Positions 1 through 9,399 are shown, numbered from the stretch's first letter. The stretch: 63,379 nucleotides of DNA from an uncultured Anaerolineales bacterium (GCA_964390305.1 CAYMHT010000004.1:1-63379), one strand, 5' to 3'. Notes: generated by a model from the sequence alone, not told the origin. A program made the numbers and translations.

Positions 1-49
1 CCGGGCGGCCCGGGAGACCTTGGAGACGGCAGCGTAGCACAACGGCTTA

Positions 50-87
50 GCTCTGCCGCGCTGGTTCAGCTGCCGCGCGCTGGTTTG
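50..87 (+). repeat. imperfect tandem direct repeat, 2 x 19 nt
   Basis: GCTCTGCCGCGCTGGTTCA (50-68) directly followed by GCTGCCGCGCGCTGGTTTG (69-87). Confidence 0.7.
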
Positions 88-98
88 GCGATTGCAGG

Positions 99-146
99 CA
101 TAGTACCGGACATAGTTCCAGGCATAGTTCCAGGCATATTCGGTGT
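99..146 (+). repeat. tandem direct repeat, 4 x 12 nt (two identical central copies)
   Basis: CATAGTACCGGA (99-110), CATAGTTCCAGG (111-122), CATAGTTCCAGG (123-134), CATATTCGGTGT (135-146); ends 45 nt upstream of the E2 start codon. Confidence 0.8.
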
Positions 147-191
147 CCTGTGTCACCGAAGCGAAGGCAAGAGTAAGGAGAGTGGAAGACC

Positions 192-1505
192 ATGGCTCGC
201 ACATTTGAGCTTCCTGATCTGGGAGAGGGTATCCACGAGGGTGAAATCATCGAGGTTCTTGTCTCCGTTGGCGACCAGGTCGAGGAGGGCGATGACATCC
301 TCGTGGTCGAGACGGATAAGGCCTCAGTCGAGATCCCGTCACCGTACACCGGCGAGATCACCGGGATTGAGGTCGAACCGGGCGATTTGGTCCACGTGGG
401 TGATACGATCATCAGGTTTAGCGGCGGGCCGGAGGAAGAGGCGGCGGAGCCTGAAGAGGCACCCGCCGGGGAGGCGCCAGAGGAGGTCGCGGAAGAGGGG
501 GCTGAAGAGGAGGAGGTACGTGAGCGGCCGCCGGAGCGGGAGAGGCCCGTTCCCGCTTCACCCGCGACGCGGCGCCTGGCGCGCGAGCTGGGGGTCGAAC
601 TAGACGAGGTGCCGGCCACCGGCCCCGCCGGCCGTGTGACGTCCGAGGACGTTCGTGCCTACGCGGAGAAGGGGGAGGAGGAAGAAACCCCTGCGCCGCC
701 AGAGGAAGTGCCCGAAAGAGTGCCGCCGGAGCTGCCCGAGGCGATTCCGTATGGCAGGGTTCCTTCCCTGCCGGACTTCACGCGCTGGGGCGAGGTAGAG
801 CGTGTGCCGCTCCGTTCGGTCCGGCGGTCGACGGCCAGGCAGATGGCACTGGCGTGGTCTCAGATTCCGCACGTCAACCATCAGGACAAGGCAGATATCA
901 CGGCCCTGGAGGCCTTTCGCGGCAAGCACAAGGATCGGATCAAGGAGAAGGGCGGCAGGCTAACCCCCACAGTCTTTGCGATGAAGGCCGTTGTGACTGC
1001 TCTCAAAGAGCACCCGCGCTTCAACGCCAGCCTGGATCCCGAGAACGAGGAGATCATCCTCAAGCAATACTATCACATCGGGGTCGCCGTCGATACCGAT
1101 CGCGGGTTGTTGGTCCCGGTCATTCGCGACGTCGATCGAAAGAGCATCACCGAGCTGTCAGTTGAGCTGTACGAGATCGTCCAGCGTACCCGGTCTGGCG
1201 AGGTTACCCTGGACGAGCTGCAGGGGGGCACTTTCACCATTACCAACATCGGCATCCTCGGTGGCACTGGCTTCTTCCCCATCATCAATTTCCCCGAGGT
1301 GGCCATCTTGGGCATGGCCCGGGCGCGCTGGGAACCAGTCGTCGAGCGCAATGAGGACGATGGGTGGGAAACCGAGCCGAGGTACATGCTGCCGCTGATG
1401 GTGGCCTTCGACCATCGTGTGGTCGACGGCGCCGACGCTGCGCGCTTCATGGGTATTCTGAAGAATGCTCTGGAGAGCCCAGAGAACATGCTGTTGATCA
1501 TGTAG
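192..1505 (+). CDS. 2-oxoacid dehydrogenase complex E2 (dihydrolipoamide acyltransferase)
   Basis: 437-aa ORF. N-terminal lipoyl domain with lipoyl-lysine context VVETDKASVEIPSP, Ala/Pro/Glu-rich linkers, subunit-binding segment ASPATRRLARELGVELDEV, C-terminal acyltransferase domain with DHRVVDGA motif. AAGGAG upstream of ATG 192. Confidence 0.95.
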   Translation: MARTFELPDLGEGIHEGEIIEVLVSVGDQVEEGDDILVVETDKASVEIPSPYTGEITGIEVEPGDLVHVGDTIIRFSGGPEEEAAEPEEAPAGEAPEEVAEEGAEEEEVRERPPERERPVPASPATRRLARELGVELDEVPATGPAGRVTSEDVRAYAEKGEEEETPAPPEEVPERVPPELPEAIPYGRVPSLPDFTRWGEVERVPLRSVRRSTARQMALAWSQIPHVNHQDKADITALEAFRGKHKDRIKEKGGRLTPTVFAMKAVVTALKEHPRFNASLDPENEEIILKQYYHIGVAVDTDRGLLVPVIRDVDRKSITELSVELYEIVQRTRSGEVTLDELQGGTFTITNIGILGGTGFFPIINFPEVAILGMARARWEPVVERNEDDGWETEPRYMLPLMVAFDHRVVDGADAARFMGILKNALESPENMLLIM

Positions 1506-1566
1506 TTGGGAGGTCCCTCCGTCCGCTCGCGAATCGGCGAGGGTTTCCTGGGGAGGTGGGTTTTCA

Positions 1567-2994
1567 ATGGTTATGGGAGAGCAGACGCTAGAGACCGAGC
1601 TCGCGGTCATCGGCGGCGGACCCGGCGGGTACGCAGCGGCGTTTCGAGCCGCCGATCTGGGCCTTGAGGTGGCGTTGATCAATCAGGAGGAGCAGCTGGG
1701 CGGGGTTTGTCTGCTGCGGGGTTGCATCCCGGCCAAGGTGCTTCTTGAGATGTCGACGCTGATTCACGATGCCCGCGAAGCGCGGAGCTGGGGTCTCAAG
1801 TACGGTGAACTGGAGATCGACGTGGAAGCCCTGCGAGAGCGGAAGGATCTGGTGGTCGACCGACTGGTGAAGGGGCTGGAAAGGCTAGCGGAACAGCGCG
1901 AGGTCCAGGTAATCCAGGCCCGCGGTGTCTTCGAGGCCTCTGATCGAGTGCGGCTGCAGGGCGAGGCGGACGTTGCGCACGTGAAGTACGACCACGCGAT
2001 TCTGGCCCCCGGCTCTGTGCCAATCCCCCTGCCTGGCACCGAGTTCACGGAGGGCAGTCGCATCATGAGTTCCAGGGGAGCCTTGGCCCTGCCCGACATT
2101 CCTGAGTCTCTGCTGGTCGTCGGCGCCGGGTACAATGGGGTTGAGCTTGGATCGGCCTATGCGATCTTAGGGAGCCGGGTTACAATCGTGGAGATGACCG
2201 GCGAGATCTTGCCAGGGGTCGATCGCGACCTGGTCAAGCATCTTGCCCGTCGCCTGAGAAGGGACTGTGAAGCCATCCATTTGAACACCACTGTTGAGTC
2301 CGTTGAGGAGGGCGAGGATAGGGTCACGGTCACCCTGGATGGTGACGTCGATGAGAGGGAGCAGACCTTTGACCGGGTGCTGGTCGCCATAGGACGCCGT
2401 CCCAATTCGGAGGATATCGGGCTGGAGAAGACGGGTGTCCAGGTCGATGAGGATGGCTTCGTGATCGTCGACCGGGAACGGCGAACCGACGATGAAGCAA
2501 TCTTCGCTGTCGGTGACGTCATTGGCGGTCCGATGCTGGCTCATAAAGCGATGCACGAGGGCAAGGTCGCAGCCGAGGTGATTGCTGGGGAGCCGGCCGC
2601 TTTCGACGTCCGGTGCATCCCCTCTGTGGTGTATACGGATCCCCAGATCGCCTGGTGTGGTCTCAAGGAGGCAGAGGCGGCTGAGCAGGAGCGGGATATT
2701 GGGGTGGGTACCTTCCCTTGGGCGGCCTCGGGGCGAGCGTTGACCATGGGGGCGACCTCAGGATTGACGAAGATCGTCTTCGACAATGAGACAGAGCGCG
2801 TGCTGGGGGTCGGGATCGTGGGCCGCGGCGCTGAGGACATGATCGCCGAGGGTGTTCTGGCTGTTGAGATGGGGGCCGTGGCCGAGGATCTGGCCTTGAC
2901 CATGCATCCTCATCCCACCCTGGCCGAGACGGAGGCCGAGGCTGCTGAGGCCTTCCTGGGGCTGGCGACGCACATTCTGTCACGCCGCCGGTGA
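1567..2994 (+). CDS. lpdA: dihydrolipoyl dehydrogenase (E3)
   Basis: 475 aa. FAD fold VIGGGPGGYAAA, redox-active disulfide GGVCLLRGCIPAK, NAD fold VVGAGYNGVELG, C-terminal HPHPTLAE. GGAGGTG upstream; directly follows E2. Confidence 0.95.
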   Translation: MVMGEQTLETELAVIGGGPGGYAAAFRAADLGLEVALINQEEQLGGVCLLRGCIPAKVLLEMSTLIHDAREARSWGLKYGELEIDVEALRERKDLVVDRLVKGLERLAEQREVQVIQARGVFEASDRVRLQGEADVAHVKYDHAILAPGSVPIPLPGTEFTEGSRIMSSRGALALPDIPESLLVVGAGYNGVELGSAYAILGSRVTIVEMTGEILPGVDRDLVKHLARRLRRDCEAIHLNTTVESVEEGEDRVTVTLDGDVDEREQTFDRVLVAIGRRPNSEDIGLEKTGVQVDEDGFVIVDRERRTDDEAIFAVGDVIGGPMLAHKAMHEGKVAAEVIAGEPAAFDVRCIPSVVYTDPQIAWCGLKEAEAAEQERDIGVGTFPWAASGRALTMGATSGLTKIVFDNETERVLGVGIVGRGAEDMIAEGVLAVEMGAVAEDLALTMHPHPTLAETEAEAAEAFLGLATHILSRRR

Positions 2995-3050
2995 GCGGCT
3001 AGAGGGGCGCGCCAGCGCGTTTGAGAAGCGACTAGAGAGGAGGGACGGAA

Positions 3051-3281
3051 GTGAGTCCAAGACAGATCGTCGAGGTGGCTTGCGAGTGCCGATACGTTGA
3101 GTGTGAGCAGTACTACTCGTACTCGCGAGGCGTGCTCCAGCGGACCTACATCTGTCGTCACCCTGAGAACGAGGGATGCTTATGCGTGCTCAACGCGGCG
3201 GAAGTGGCTGAGTGCGAGCTTTGCGCGACGGAGGAGGGGGAGGAGATGAAGACGGTTCACATTGACGTGAAGCGTGCCTAG
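3051..3281 (+). CDS. small acidic cysteine-rich protein of unknown function (76 aa, 8 Cys)
   Basis: GTG start preceded by GAGAGGAGGGA. Third codon positions are mostly G/C, like neighbouring genes. Cys pattern CxC-x4-C-x16-C-x7-CxC-x9-CxxC. No family recognised. Confidence 0.5.
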   Translation: MSPRQIVEVACECRYVECEQYYSYSRGVLQRTYICRHPENEGCLCVLNAAEVAECELCATEEGEEMKTVHIDVKRA

Positions 3282-3411
3282 ATTCCTGAGGCGTGGAGAG
3301 ATCCGCGGGCCAACTCCGCTGCGTCCGGACTGTGCTAGACTGACCGTCTGCATGTACTCCAAGGGTCAGACAATCGCCCGATCAATGCGTTCTTGGTGAT
3401 AGGAGGCCGTG

Positions 3412-4380
3412 ATGGAGACTCGCAAGCTTGGCTACACCGACCTGCAGCTGACGAGAATCGGACTTGGCACCTGGGCCATCGGCGGCGGCGGGTGGGACTA
3501 CGGATGGGGGCCCCAGGACGATGCTCGGTCCCTTGCCACCATCGATCGCGCCTTGGAGTTGGGCATCAACTGGATCGACACGGCCGCCGTGTATGGTCTG
3601 GGACATTCAGAGGAGATCGTCGGACAGGCGGTCGCGGGGCGCCGGCATGACGTGATCATCGCCACGAAGTGTGGCCTGGTGTGGGACGAGGGGAGCACGT
3701 CGCCTTACGGACGCCTCACCGCTCAGAGCGTTCGCCAGGAAGCGGAGGATAGCCTCCGACGCCTCGACATCGACGTCATCGACCTGTACCAGATCCACTG
3801 GCCGGACCCCGAGGAGCAGATTGAGGAGGCCTGGACCGCCATTGCTGAGCTGATCCAGGAGGGCAAGGTGCGGTATGGAGGGGTCTCGAATTTCAGCGTC
3901 GCACAACTGGACCGCATCCGGCCCATCCACCCCGTGGCATCCGTGCAGCCCCCGTACAACATGCTCGCCCGCGAGATCGAGGAGGACCTCCTCGCCTACT
4001 GCGCCGAGAACGACATCGGAGTGATTACCTACAGTCCGATGATGTCAGGGCTGCTCACGGGCAAGTACGACCGAGACAGCATAGAGGCTCTCGCCGATGA
4101 CGATTGGCGCAAGGAGAGCACTCAGTTCACGGAGCCGGAACTGACGGCGAACCTCAAACTCATAGAGGGGTTGCAGCCAATTGCCCAGCGGAGTGGCAAG
4201 ACAGTGGCTCAGTTGGCGATCGCCTGGGTCCTCCGGCGACCGGAGGTCACTGGGGCCATCGTGGGCGCGCGCCGGCCCGATCAAATCGAAGAGACGGTGC
4301 GCGCTGGCGAATGGCAGCTCTCGGAGGAGGACCTGGCTGAGGTCGAGTCGCTTCTCAAGGAGCGGGACGCCGCAGTATAG
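3412..4380 (+). CDS. aldo/keto reductase family oxidoreductase
   Basis: About 322 aa. AKR hallmarks GLGTWAIGG, INWIDTAAVYG, DLYQIHWPD, VSNF, QPPYNML. AGGAGG (3401-3406) 5 nt before ATG 3412; GTG 3409 is an alternative start. Confidence 0.9.
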   Translation: METRKLGYTDLQLTRIGLGTWAIGGGGWDYGWGPQDDARSLATIDRALELGINWIDTAAVYGLGHSEEIVGQAVAGRRHDVIIATKCGLVWDEGSTSPYGRLTAQSVRQEAEDSLRRLDIDVIDLYQIHWPDPEEQIEEAWTAIAELIQEGKVRYGGVSNFSVAQLDRIRPIHPVASVQPPYNMLAREIEEDLLAYCAENDIGVITYSPMMSGLLTGKYDRDSIEALADDDWRKESTQFTEPELTANLKLIEGLQPIAQRSGKTVAQLAIAWVLRRPEVTGAIVGARRPDQIEETVRAGEWQLSEEDLAEVESLLKERDAAV

Positions 4381-4503
4381 GACCAGGCCTCGGTCGGCGC
4401 TGCCGGCACGTGCGAGGCCCCAGGAGGTCTTCCTGGACCGTCGAACCAACATGGGATGCAGCGACCGACCTTCAGTATTCAGTATGTTCTCACGGGGGGA
4501 AGG

Positions 4504-4962
4504 ATGCGAGAGACAGGTGACAAGGCGCCCGCTCTCACCCTGACGGCTGATGACGGTCGTCAGGTCAGTTTATCTGATTTCCGTGGTCAACGAGTTGTGG
4601 TCTATTTCTACCCCAGGGCCGGCACAGCTGGCTGCACCAGGTAGGCGTGGGCCGTGCGTGACGTGTACCCGAAGATCGAGGATGAGGATGTGGTCGTGAT
4701 CGGGATCAGCCCCGACCCGCCGGAAGCCCTCAAGAAGTTCCGTGACAAGCACGAGTTGCCGTTTGTCCTTCTGTCGGACCCGGATCACGAGGTGGCTAAG
4801 GCTTATGGCGCCTGGGGAGAGAAGAAGGCGTTCGGAAAGACGCATGAGGGTGTCATCCGCAGTCACTTCGCCGTCGAAGAAGAGGGCGGAATCGAGGAGT
4901 TCAAGGTCAAGGTGAAGCCGGAGAAGACGGCGGACCTGGCACTCCGGCTGGTTGAGCTGTAG
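4504..4962 (+). pseudogene. bcp: Bcp/PrxQ-type peroxiredoxin interrupted by in-frame TAG (4642-4644)
   Basis: One reading frame gives ...VVVYFYPRAGTAGCTR-TAG-AWAVRDVYPKIEDEDVVVIGISPDPPEALKKFRDKHELPFVLLSDPDHEVAKAYG... The two track ORFs (4456-4644, 4654-4962) are in the same frame. The stop lies 3 codons after the peroxidatic Cys. Confidence 0.8.
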
Positions 4963-5123
4963 GTACGACGTCGGCCGAGCATCGGGGCCAGTGGACGGGC
5001 TTCCGCAACCGGCTTCGACTTTTGGCGAACTGACTGTGTGATATAATTGAAGGTCCCTTCCTGGATTGGGTTCAGGTTGCCCGGTTCATTGTGCGTTTGG
5101 CACCGACAGAACAGAGGTGAACG

Positions 5124-6458
5124 TTGAATGCACTCGACGCAATTGTGAAGAAGCGCGACGGCGGGGAGTTGTCGAAAGAGGAGATCGAGTTCTTCATCGA
5201 AGGCTACACCCACGACGACATTCCTGACTATCAGGCTGCTGCGTGGCTGATGGCGCTATTTCTTCAGGGCATGAACGATCGCGAGACGCAGGATCTGACG
5301 ATGGCGATGGCTCATTCCGGCGATATGCTGGACATCAGGAGCGTGGTGCCTTCCCCAGCGTCGGGGCAACGCTCCCTCGTCGTGGACAAGCACTCCACCG
5401 GGGGTGTGGGCGACAAGGTCAGCCTGGTGGTAGCTCCCCTCGTTGCTGCCTGCGGCGTGCCGATCGCCAAGATGACCGGTCGCGGGCTCGGTTTCACCGG
5501 TGGGACCGTGGATAAGCTCGAGTCGATTCCCGGGTACCGCACAGATCTCAGTGTGGAGGAATTCAAGGCCCAGGTGAGGGAAATCGGCGTCGTCCTCACC
5601 GGGCAGACCGCTGACCTGGCTCCTGCGGACCGCAAGCTGTATGCCCTGCGCGACGCAACGGCTACCGTAGAGTCCATTCCCCTCATCGTCAGCTCGATCA
5701 TGAGCAAGAAGCTGGCGGGCGGGGCTGAAGCCATCGTGCTGGACGTCAAGGTGGGCAGCGGCGCCTTCATGGAGACGGTGGAAGAGGCAGAGGCGCTGGC
5801 GAACGGCCTGGTCCGTCTCGGAACGCAGGCCGGCCGTGAGGTCGTCGCGCTCATCTCAGATATGAACCAGCCGCTGGGCTGGGCGGTGGGAAACGCCGTG
5901 GAGGTCCGTGAGGCAATCAGTACGCTGCAGGAGGCCGGCCCGCGGGGCTTCCGCGAACACTGCCTGACCGTCGCTGCCGAGATGCTCCGGCTGAGCGGGC
6001 GGGCGGAGGACTTGAACGCGGCCCTTACCCTCGCTCTGGAGACGCTGTCGTCGGGAGCTGCGTGGCGGAAGTTCCGGCGGTTGGTCGGGGCGCAGGGGGG
6101 AGATGTGGCGTGTGTCGACGATCCAGAGAAGCTGCCCCAGGCGTCCATCATCGAGCCGGTAGCGTCCCCTCTCAGCGGCTACCTGGCGAGCGTGAATGCC
6201 GCGGAGGTGGGTCTGGCCGTCGTTGACTTGGGAGGGGGGCGTGAGGAGAAGGGACAGGCGATTGACCATAGTGTGGGTGTGCTCCTGCACCACAAGGTGG
6301 GCGATTTGGTCCAGAAGGGGACGCCCTTGTTCAGCGTTCACGCGAATGACGGAGGGGAACTAGAGGCAGCGCGTGAGCGCGTCCTGGCAGCTCATTCCTT
6401 CAGTGACGAACCGGTACAGCCGCTGCGGCTGTTCTACCGGCGTGTCACGGCCGGCTAG
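5124..6458 (+). CDS. pdp: pyrimidine-nucleoside (thymidine) phosphorylase
   Basis: 444 aa, TTG start after AGAGGTGA. N-terminal KKRDGGELSKEEIEFFIEGY, phosphate-binding DKHSTGGVGDK, TGRGLGFTGGTVDKLESIPG. Confidence 0.93.
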   Translation: MNALDAIVKKRDGGELSKEEIEFFIEGYTHDDIPDYQAAAWLMALFLQGMNDRETQDLTMAMAHSGDMLDIRSVVPSPASGQRSLVVDKHSTGGVGDKVSLVVAPLVAACGVPIAKMTGRGLGFTGGTVDKLESIPGYRTDLSVEEFKAQVREIGVVLTGQTADLAPADRKLYALRDATATVESIPLIVSSIMSKKLAGGAEAIVLDVKVGSGAFMETVEEAEALANGLVRLGTQAGREVVALISDMNQPLGWAVGNAVEVREAISTLQEAGPRGFREHCLTVAAEMLRLSGRAEDLNAALTLALETLSSGAAWRKFRRLVGAQGGDVACVDDPEKLPQASIIEPVASPLSGYLASVNAAEVGLAVVDLGGGREEKGQAIDHSVGVLLHHKVGDLVQKGTPLFSVHANDGGELEAARERVLAAHSFSDEPVQPLRLFYRRVTAG

Positions 6459-6592
6459 GGTGTTCTTCGAACCTGTCCGCGTGGCGGTGTCCGAGGAGCG
6501 ACACGGGCTCGACCCGTTTTCCATACCCCGGGGCCGACTGCCGTATAGCCATCACGCTCGGTTTGGTTCTCCGTTGCTCGCTTGAGGATAAC

Positions 6593-7024
6593 ATGGAAAC
6601 AGATCGAAACGCGTCTCGCAGCAGAACACTGACTCTGACTGCTCTTCTCCTTGGTTTCGTCCTTGGTCTGATCGCTGTATGGCTCTACTGGCTCCAGCGC
6701 CGGCAGGAGTGGGAAGTGGCTGACAGAGAAGAGATGCCTGTCCGCGTGCGCATCTCACTTCCTCGGAAGCCTGAGCCCGACGACCTGACACGCGTCGAAG
6801 GAATCGGCCCCAGGCTCTCCAGCGTGCTCCGCTCGGCGGGAATCTCCACTTATGAACAGTTGGCCGCGAGCGACGTGGGCGAGCTTAGGCAGATCCTTCG
6901 TGAACAAGGTCTCTACTTCGCGGATCCCACGACCTGGCCTGAGCAAGCTGAGTTGGCGGCCGTCGGGGATTGGGACGCGCTGTCTGACCTGCAAAAGCAG
7001 CTTACGGCGGGTCGAAGACCATAG
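6593..7024 (+). CDS. membrane-anchored protein with C-terminal helix-hairpin-helix (H3TH/COG3743-like) domain
   Basis: One N-terminal TM helix (LTLTALLLGFVLGLIAVWLYWL), then VEGIGPRLSSVLRSAGISTYEQLAASDVGELRQIL. ATG 6593 preferred over TTG 6563 (GAGGA upstream). Confidence 0.65.
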   Translation: METDRNASRSRTLTLTALLLGFVLGLIAVWLYWLQRRQEWEVADREEMPVRVRISLPRKPEPDDLTRVEGIGPRLSSVLRSAGISTYEQLAASDVGELRQILREQGLYFADPTTWPEQAELAAVGDWDALSDLQKQLTAGRRP

Positions 7025-7138
7025 ACCACAGCCGGCCCTCGGGGCGAGTGCTGAATTGGCGACACCAGGTGGGAGTCAGACGGTGGAAAGGACCTGCGAA
7101 GGCCAGGTGCCGCTGAGCCATTGCCTTGCCTTTCTGTT

Positions 7139-8242
7139 TCAACAGGGGACTTCCATCATACGACTTTCGCGGTAGCCCACGGTCACCTTGACCCACCCGC
7201 ACAGCTCCTCGTCGACCTGCGCGTCCCCGGCGTCGACGCGCAGACAATCGAGTGGTTTCAGCTTCTGCCGCGTTGCGATGACTCGGATGTTCTCGGGACC
7301 CACTTCCTTGATCACCTGTGGGGTGAACTGTTTGTTGCCACGACCGAAGATGAAGCCGTTGCCTCCCAGGGGGGTGACGATGATCGCTCTATCGGAGTAC
7401 CGCTCAAGGAGGTCGAGTATCCTCCGCTCGTTTAGGTCCGCGCCGACCAGTTCCTGATCCACTACCCCGTCCACGCCGAGTAAGGTCTTGGGCAGGCCCA
7501 TCTCCTGCGCGATGGCCTTCACTGTGGTGCCAGGCCCGAGTAGGTACAGCGTTTCGCGATCCATCCGCTCGACGACGAAGGCGGCGATCTCCTGCTTGCT
7601 CTCCTCCACCGACGGGCTGTGGGTTGAGCCGACCTTTCCGCGCTGGAGGAACCGCCGCTCCTCGGGTACCAACAGGGTGCCGTAGTGTTTGGAGGCGAGT
7701 CGATCGTGCCGAAATGCGTCTTCGTCGATGTCCAGTACCTCCTCCCTGGTCACGGTACCGTTCTCCACGAAGGCGTCCACCATCTGGGCTGCCGCTCTGG
7801 GATTCACAGCGAAGACCGAGCTGTAGACCTTGACGCCGCCAGGGACGGCCACCACCGGAATCTCGGAGTCTATGGCGTCGTACACGTCCCGGGCCGTACC
7901 GTCGCCGCCGACGAAGGTCAGCAGCTCAACGCCACGATCGACCATCTTGACGGCGATGCGCCTGGTGTCCTCCGCCGAGGTCTCGTCCCCGATCTGCCCG
8001 ACTACGGTGAAGGAGATATCGAAGTTTTTGACGTGGGCTGCGCCCATCTCCTCGGGCGCGACCAAGAGGGAGATTTCGTCCTTGTGCTCAATCTGGGAGA
8101 GAAACCTCCCTGTCCTCGCCGGAGTCACCGGCTCGGCGCCCAGCTCCAAGGCCTTCTTGTACAGCCCCCCGTCGGTGCCCTTCAGCCCGACGCTGCCCCC
8201 CATCCCTGCTATCGGGTTGACGATCAGACCGATTCTCTTCAT
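7139..8242 (-). CDS. ATP-NAD kinase family protein (COG3199/AcoX-like)
   Basis: About 367 aa. MKRIGLIVNPIAGMGGSVGLKGTDG N-terminus and FVGGDGTARD (GGDGT) motif. ATG 8242 directly after TTG 8245. Confidence 0.8.
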   Translation of the reverse strand: MKRIGLIVNPIAGMGGSVGLKGTDGGLYKKALELGAEPVTPARTGRFLSQIEHKDEISLLVAPEEMGAAHVKNFDISFTVVGQIGDETSAEDTRRIAVKMVDRGVELLTFVGGDGTARDVYDAIDSEIPVVAVPGGVKVYSSVFAVNPRAAAQMVDAFVENGTVTREEVLDIDEDAFRHDRLASKHYGTLLVPEERRFLQRGKVGSTHSPSVEESKQEIAAFVVERMDRETLYLLGPGTTVKAIAQEMGLPKTLLGVDGVVDQELVGADLNERRILDLLERYSDRAIIVTPLGGNGFIFGRGNKQFTPQVIKEVGPENIRVIATRQKLKPLDCLRVDAGDAQVDEELCGWVKVTVGYRESRMMEVPC

Positions 8243-8372
8243 CAATTCCTGTCACCGTTCTTTTCCCGTCGGCTGCGCCCCGATAAAGGGCGGCCTGACG
8301 CCCCATACGGCACCGACATCCACGGTGAATGTCGCGGCAGGATCCCTTCAGGGCCAGCCTATCTTGACCGAG

Positions 8373-8864
8373 TCATCCCTTTCCCCTGCCAGGGCCGCGC
8401 CCTGAGCGGAGTCTGCGCACCACGAATTTGAGCCCGCTGCCCAGGACCTCCTCTGCCCGGTCCACGATCTGAGTTACCTGCACCAGAACGTCCTGTTCTC
8501 CCTCCCAGTGCTCTTCGAGGATGGAGGGATCTAGCTGGTTGAGCTGCACGACGACAGCATTGAGGATCCACGCTGCGACGACAACGTCATCCAGGAAGCC
8601 CGGCGGGCCGAGGAAGTCCGGGATGATGTCCAGCGGGGTGAGGAAGTAGGCGATGCCGGCAGCCACCTTCGCCTTGGTCTGGGCAGGAACACGGTCATCC
8701 ATGGCCAGTCGCGATAGCAGAACGAACAGATCGGGTGCTGCGAGCAAGTACTCGAGCCGTTGTCCCGAGATGTCTCGACTCTGGGCCCACCCTTTCACCC
8801 GGTCGCGGAGCCGGCGGTAGAATCGTCTCTCGCGGGAGGATCGAAAGGCCTGTTCTTCTTCCAT
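8373..8864 (-). CDS. DUF1232 (YkvA-like) membrane protein
   Basis: 163 aa. Signature YFLTPLDIIPDFLGPPGFLDDVVV. Confidence 0.8.
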   Translation of the reverse strand: MEEEQAFRSSRERRFYRRLRDRVKGWAQSRDISGQRLEYLLAAPDLFVLLSRLAMDDRVPAQTKAKVAAGIAYFLTPLDIIPDFLGPPGFLDDVVVAAWILNAVVVQLNQLDPSILEEHWEGEQDVLVQVTQIVDRAEEVLGSGLKFVVRRLRSGRGPGRGKG

Positions 8865-8947
8865 ATCTCCTATCCAGTCCGATCACTCACCAGCAGGGTG
8901 ATTGCGTCGCCGAGGGAACTTGAGAGCTATCGGGTCTCGCCGAGTGT

Positions 8948-9211
8948 CTAGGCCCCTTTCTTCAGTGCTTCGTCAAGGTCCTGGCGGTCGAGACGCTGGG
9001 GCGCACCCGATTTCTCTTCACCTGCTTGGGCTGCTTCCTCCACCACGTCTCTGGCTGTGCCGGTATGAACGGTAGGAGCCGAGAAGATGCGGTGTACGTC
9101 TGTGCTTTCACATTCGGGGCATACGATCTCGGAAGGGCGATCCTCCGGTGACATGAACAGGCGCTCGAAACACGCTCCACAGCTCTCGCACTCGTACTCG
9201 TAGATGGGCAT
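8948..9211 (-). CDS. FmdB-family zinc-ribbon protein
   Basis: 87 aa. MPIYEYECESCGACFE ... CPECES (two CxxC pairs). GGAGGAGAA before the ATG. Confidence 0.85.
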   Translation of the reverse strand: MPIYEYECESCGACFERLFMSPEDRPSEIVCPECESTDVHRIFSAPTVHTGTARDVVEEAAQAGEEKSGAPQRLDRQDLDEALKKGA

Positions 9212-9370
9212 TTCTCCTCCTTGTCTCGCTCTGAACTAGCGGTTTTCGGGTTCAGTGGAACCTCTCCGTTGGACACACGATACGGCCCTACAGAGCGTGC
9301 TCTTCAGACGAAACGAGGGTTGCAGCCGACTGAGCGCGACTTCAACCATCGTCGGCCTTGCATGTCTTCC

Positions 9371-9399
9371 AGTATAGGCTCGTTTGTGTGACGGTGCAA
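9371..9399 (-). promoter_or_regulatory. sigma-70-type promoter candidate for the FmdB-family gene
   Basis: Minus strand TTGCAC (9399-9394), 17-nt spacer, TATACT (9376-9371). Implies a 5' UTR of about 150 nt. Confidence 0.5.

Noticed and set aside
47-619. ORFs 47-619 (-) and 85-603 (+) covering the repeat-containing spacer and the start of E2.
   Set aside because: They overlap the well-supported E2 gene, have low-complexity Ser/Arg/Gly-rich translations, and the plus-strand one merely translates the 12-nt repeats (IVPDIVPGIVPGI).
5033-5048. Shared 14-mer TGTGTGATATAATT upstream of pdp (5034-5047) and of the GcvH-like gene (52602-52615), considered as a possible common operator.
   Set aside because: The shared part is just an extended -10 promoter element (TRTG-n-TATAAT). 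The flanks do not align, and at 5042-5047 the best -35 candidates are poor or badly spaced.
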